Source: Chiloscyllium plagiosum (Eukaryota). From it: 36,709 nucleotides of DNA. Positions within the stretch are counted from its first letter, which is position 1. Each line of letters starts with the position of its first letter. This document shows, piece by piece, positions 32,750 to 36,709 of the stretch. The stretch covers positions 103,218,985 through 103,255,693 of the forward strand of contig NC_057717.1 of the NCBI RefSeq assembly GCF_004010195.1, read 5' to 3'. The notes beneath the pieces are model-generated. The model was not told where the DNA came from. It searched no databases and saw nothing but the letters and a program-made list of their open reading frames with translations. Made by a program: the position numbers and the translations under genes.

Positions 32750-33690
32750 AGGTAAAAACGATGACTGCAGATGCTGGAAACCAGATTCTGGATTAGTGGT
32801 GCTGGAAGAGCACAGCAGTTCAGGCAGCATCCAAGGAGCTTCGAAATCGACGTTTTGGGCAAAAGCCCTTCATCAGGAATAAAGGCAGAGAGCCTGAAGC
32901 ATGGNNNNNNNNNNNNNNNNNNNNNNNNNNNNNNNNNNNNNNNNNNNNNNNNNNNNNNNNNNNNNNNNNNNNNNNNNNNNNNNNNNNNNNNNNNNNNNNN
33001 NNNNNNNNNNNNNNNNNNNNNNNNNNNNNNNNNNNNNNNNNNNNNNNNNNNNNNNNNNNNNNNNNNNNNNNNNNNNNNNNNNNNNNNNNNNNNNNNNNNN
33101 NNNNNNNNNNNNNNNNNNNNNNNNNNNNNNNNNNNNNNNNNNNNNNNNNNNNNNNNNGATACAATAAATTATATTAGTGGATGTGCAGGTAAAACTTTGA
33201 TGGATGTGGAAAGCTCCTTTGGGGCCTTGGATGGAGGTGAGGGAGGAGGTGTGGGCGCTGGTTTTACAGTTCCTGCGGTGGCAGGGGAAGGTGCCAGGAT
33301 GGGAGGGTGGGTCGTAGGGGGGCGTGGACCTGACCAGGTAGTCACGGAGGGAACGGTCTTTGCGGAAGGCGGAAAGGTGTGGGGAGGGAAATATATCCCT
33401 GGTGGTGGGGTCTTTTTGGAGGTGGCGGAAATGTCGGCGGATGGTTTGGTTTATGCGAAGGTTGGTAGGGTGGAAGGTGTGCACCAGGGGCGTTCTGTCC
33501 TTGTTGCGGTTGGAGGGGTGGGGTCTGAGGGCGGAGGTGCGGGATGTGGACGAGATGCGTTGGAGGGCATCTTTAACCACGTGGGAAGGGAAATTGCGGT
33601 CTCTAAAGAAGGAGGCCATCTGGTGTGTTCTGTAGTGGAACTGGTCCTCCTGGGAGCAGATCCGGCGGAGGCGGAGGAATTGGGAATACG
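32750..33690 (-). mobile_element. Young 5'-truncated Penelope-like element (Neptune-like linker), split by assembly gap
   Basis: Open frame PYSQFLRLRRICSQE...MASFF...PGTFPCHRRNCKTSAH...FTCTSTNIIYC (RT C-terminus, Cys linker, start of GIY-YIG); CpG-rich; terminal repeat with hammerhead-like motif at ~32848-32879. Confidence 0.9.
32905..33157. other. Assembly gap (253 N)
   Basis: Run of N. Confidence 1.
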
Positions 33691-33995
33691 GAGGTTAGGT
33701 GCCAGCGCATTGCTGCAAGCGTGGAGCGGAGGATCTTGAAGGTGCTCCAACCAACCGAGCTAACTGATCATCGGGATTCAATAAGGAGGGAAGGAATTAA
33801 AATCAGGAAAGGGTTCAAAAAAATTACACTGGAATACTTAAAAATTAAAGATGCATTTATAGTGCGAGGTTGTGGGATGTGTTGTACGAGAGCCAGTAGA
33901 AACATTGTGGGGATTAGTACAACCCATATTTCATTAATATTAACATTCACCCTCAAGGGTTATTGAGTTCTACATTAGGGCAGTGAGCTATTGAG

Positions 33996-34323
33996 TGGCA
34001 CGGTGGCTCAGAGATTAGCACTGCCACCTTTCAGCACCAGGGACCTGGGTTTGATTCCATCCTTGGGTGACTGTCTGTGTGGAGTTTGCATGTTCTCCCT
34101 GTGTCTGTGTGCATTTCCTCCAGGTGCTCTGGCTTCCTCCCGCAGTCCAAAGATGTGCAGGTCAGGTGGATTGGCCATGGGAAATTGTCGTTAGTGTCCA
34201 AGGGTCTGCTGGCTATGTGGATTAGCCACGGGAATTGCAGGGATTGGGTGGGATGCTCTTCGGAGGTTTGGAATGGACTCATTGAGTCAAATGTGTCTCT
34301 TTCTACACTGTAGAGATGCTATG
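33996..34323 (+). mobile_element. HE1-type V-SINE
   Basis: Head, V-domain and tail. Confidence 0.9.
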
Positions 34324-35014
34324 ACTTAGTTCCTCTCTTTTGCATGCCCTATTATTGCAATATTGTCCCACATCTCTTTTGAAACTGTTACTATCTCTCC
34401 ATCACCCCTTGTTTGTGATAGGGCCATTCTAATAAATCCTCTTTGGGAAGCCAGTTTCTTACCCTTTGCTCTTGTTCAGTTTGGTGACTGTGTTAATGTT
34501 GCACTCTCCCATTCTCAGCTCGGTGATCAGAGTCTTTCTCCTTTCCAGATTACTGTACCTTTACAAGGGTTATAGTTCTATGGGTTGTCATTGGCACAGT
34601 ACTCAAGTACTTTCATAATTTAAAAATAACTCAGAACAGAGCAATCTTCTCCACAGTGTAAACCTTGTGCAAGTGGGTCATTTCAACTGTCTGCTTTTCT
34701 ATTTCCTAAGGGGTGTCTCTGTAAATTAACTCCCTCACCTCCTTTATGGTTTACAAACCATTGTAGTGAGGATAGAATCTCATCAGCCTTCCATTTTGCT
34801 GCATCTTCTATTTTCTGCTGGTGTCCAACTCCATTCTTTTTAAAGTATCTCTCTGTCTCATCTTTTACTCCCCTGCCACTACAAATTCTTCATTATCTAT
34901 CCACCTTCCCTAAGCAGCCTCGTAATTTTCCCAGTCTGGAGTGTTTGACTGTCCGATGGATTGTATATACATTTGATGTACAGTCACTGCTGAACTGTAT
35001 CAAGCACATTTTGT

Positions 35015-35290
35015 GCAGAGTAAGCTCTCATGAACAGCAATGACCAGATCATTTATTTTGTGATGTTCCTTGATAAGTAATGGCTAGGACATCAATGGAG
35101 AGTTCCCTGTCCTTCTCCAGAGTAGTGCCTTGGGCTCATTCATTTCACAACTTGAAAGACCAAACTCTCACTCTGCTCAATGGCCTCACTGACAATGTGA
35201 TGCTTCCTCAGTCATGCACTGGCAATGGTCAGCCTAGATGCCATTCTCAAGAGATTTGAACCCAAACCCCCATTTCCAACATGAGAGAAC
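35015..35290 (-). mobile_element. Deu-type SINE remnant
   Basis: AACAGCAATGACCAGAT...AGTAGTGCCTTGGG...CCTCAGTCATGCACTGG, similar to 27860-28192. Confidence 0.55.
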
Positions 35291-35294
35291 TTAA

Positions 35295-36240
35295 TCATCA
35301 TCCCTCAACATTCCATGTCATTACCAATACTGAGCACACCACTATCAACATTCTGGGATTAACATTGACCAGAAATTGAACTGAACAACCTACGGGCGGC
35401 ATGGTGGCTCAGTGGTCAGCACTGCTGCCTCACAGCACCAGGGTCCCAGGTTCAATTCCCGCCTCAGGCGACTGACTGTGTGGAGTTTGCACATTCTCCC
35501 CGTGTCTGCGTGGGTTTCCTCCAGGTGCTCCGGTTTCCTCCCAAGTCCAAAGATGTGTAAGTCAAGTGAATTGGCCATGCCAAATTGCCCATAGTGTTAG
35601 ATGCATTAGTCAGGGGTAAAATGTGAGTGGGTCACTCTTTGGAGGTTCGGTGTGGACCTGTTGGGCCAAAGGGCCTGTTTCTGCACTGTAAGTAATCTAA
35701 TTTAAATGCACTGGATACAAAAGCAGGTCAGAGGTTAAGAATGCTGCAGCGAGTAACTCATCTTCTGACTCCCCAAAACCCTGTTCACCATCAACAGAAC
35801 ACAAGTCAGGAGTGTGATGGAATATTCCCAATTTGTCTGGATGAGTGGAACTTGACACCGTCCAGGACAAAGCAGCCTGCTTAAATGGCACCATGTCCAC
35901 AAACACACCCACTCTCTCCACCACTGAAGTTCAGTAGCAGCCATGTGTGTGATCTACAAGACTCACAAAATAGAACCTTCCACACCCATAGCTTCTTCCA
36001 TCAGGAAGGGCAAGGGTAGAAGGTGCATGGGGACACCATCGCTTGAAAGTTCCATCTCAAAACAACTCAACATCCTGACTTAAAAATGTATCATTGTTCC
36101 TTCAATATCACTGGGTCAAAACCTTGGAAATCCTTCCATTGTTGGTGTCTTCAGACCACATAGGCTAAGGTGGTTCACCACCACTTCCTTCAGGATAACT
36201 ACTGATTGGCAATAATCAATGATGATGGTAAATTTCCTGA
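35295..36240 (+). mobile_element. CR1-group LINE (second family) interrupted by an HE1 SINE
   Basis: CACTATCAACATTCTGGG...GACCAGAAA before the SINE; CAAGTCAGGAGTGTGATGGAATA...TCCAGGACAAAGCAGCC after it. Confidence 0.75.
35394..35700 (+). mobile_element. HE1-type V-SINE
   Basis: GGGCGGCATGGTGGCTCAGTGG head, V-domain, ATCTAA tail. Confidence 0.92.
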
Positions 36241-36574
36241 AAGAACACATTGGAGAATAGTGTTAGTGATGCCAATGAGTGACCTCTGCTCCAAAATCGT
36301 GGAGCAGAAAATTCAAAAGAGCGATCTCACCTGAACCAAGCAGATAACTGCCTCCAGATCATCAAGAATGCAATCCTGGGCAAAACATGACTGCTCAGTC
36401 TAGACAAATGAGATGGGTTTATCAGAATTCATTGGTAATATCTAATAGACGGCTTTCCGGACAGACACATAATCATCAGCGAGCATTCTGAATGCATTAA
36501 TGATGTCTAGCCTTACTTAAAATGTTGACACTGCTAATTTTGTCAATTAATCCAACAGCCCATGGATGTACATT

Positions 36575-36709
36575 GGTAAAAACAATGACTGCAGATGCTG
36601 GAAACCAGATTCTGGATCAGTGGTGCTGGAAGAGCACAGCAATTCAGGCAGCATCCGAGGACAGGCAAAATCAACGTTTCGGGCAAAAGCCCTTCATCAG
36701 GAATAAAGG
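36575..36709 (-). mobile_element. Terminal repeat of a young PLE (same subfamily as 32750-32885), running off the window
   Basis: Close match to 32751-32885. Confidence 0.9.
36671..36702 (-). ncRNA. Minimal type I hammerhead ribozyme-like motif
   Basis: UC-CUGAUGA-A-GGGC-uuuu-GCCC-GAAA-CGUU-GA; intact core boxes, palindromic AACGUU. Confidence 0.65.

Noticed and set aside
32771..33739. 322-aa plus-strand ORF
   Set aside because: Antisense shadow of the PLE ORF, artificially extended through the N gap

Overview
Eukaryotic, repeat-dense DNA, most likely from a shark or other cartilaginous fish (inferred from the HE1/V-SINE, CR1 and Deu-SINE repertoire). No intact protein-coding gene is visible; the ORFs with recognisable motifs are retroelement fragments and the rest look like chance ORFs. 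The window is a mosaic of CR1 LINE 3' ends, a second CR1-group LINE and its partner tRNA-SINE, HE1 (V-domain) SINEs, old Deu-type SINEs, three solo LTRs and many Penelope-like element (PLE) fragments, often nested. The most striking signal is about 12 minimal type I hammerhead-ribozyme-like motifs (CTGAnGA-stem II-GAAA-NTH), from several sequence families, at PLE ends. Three short PLE-terminus inserts fold back on themselves, and some inserts are flanked by 11-15 bp direct repeats. There is also a ~99% identical 624/625-bp tandem duplication, a 253-N gap inside a young PLE, and a few small candidate exons of an unidentified host gene. Boundaries of degenerate repeats are approximate, and family names come from recognition by eye, not database searches.
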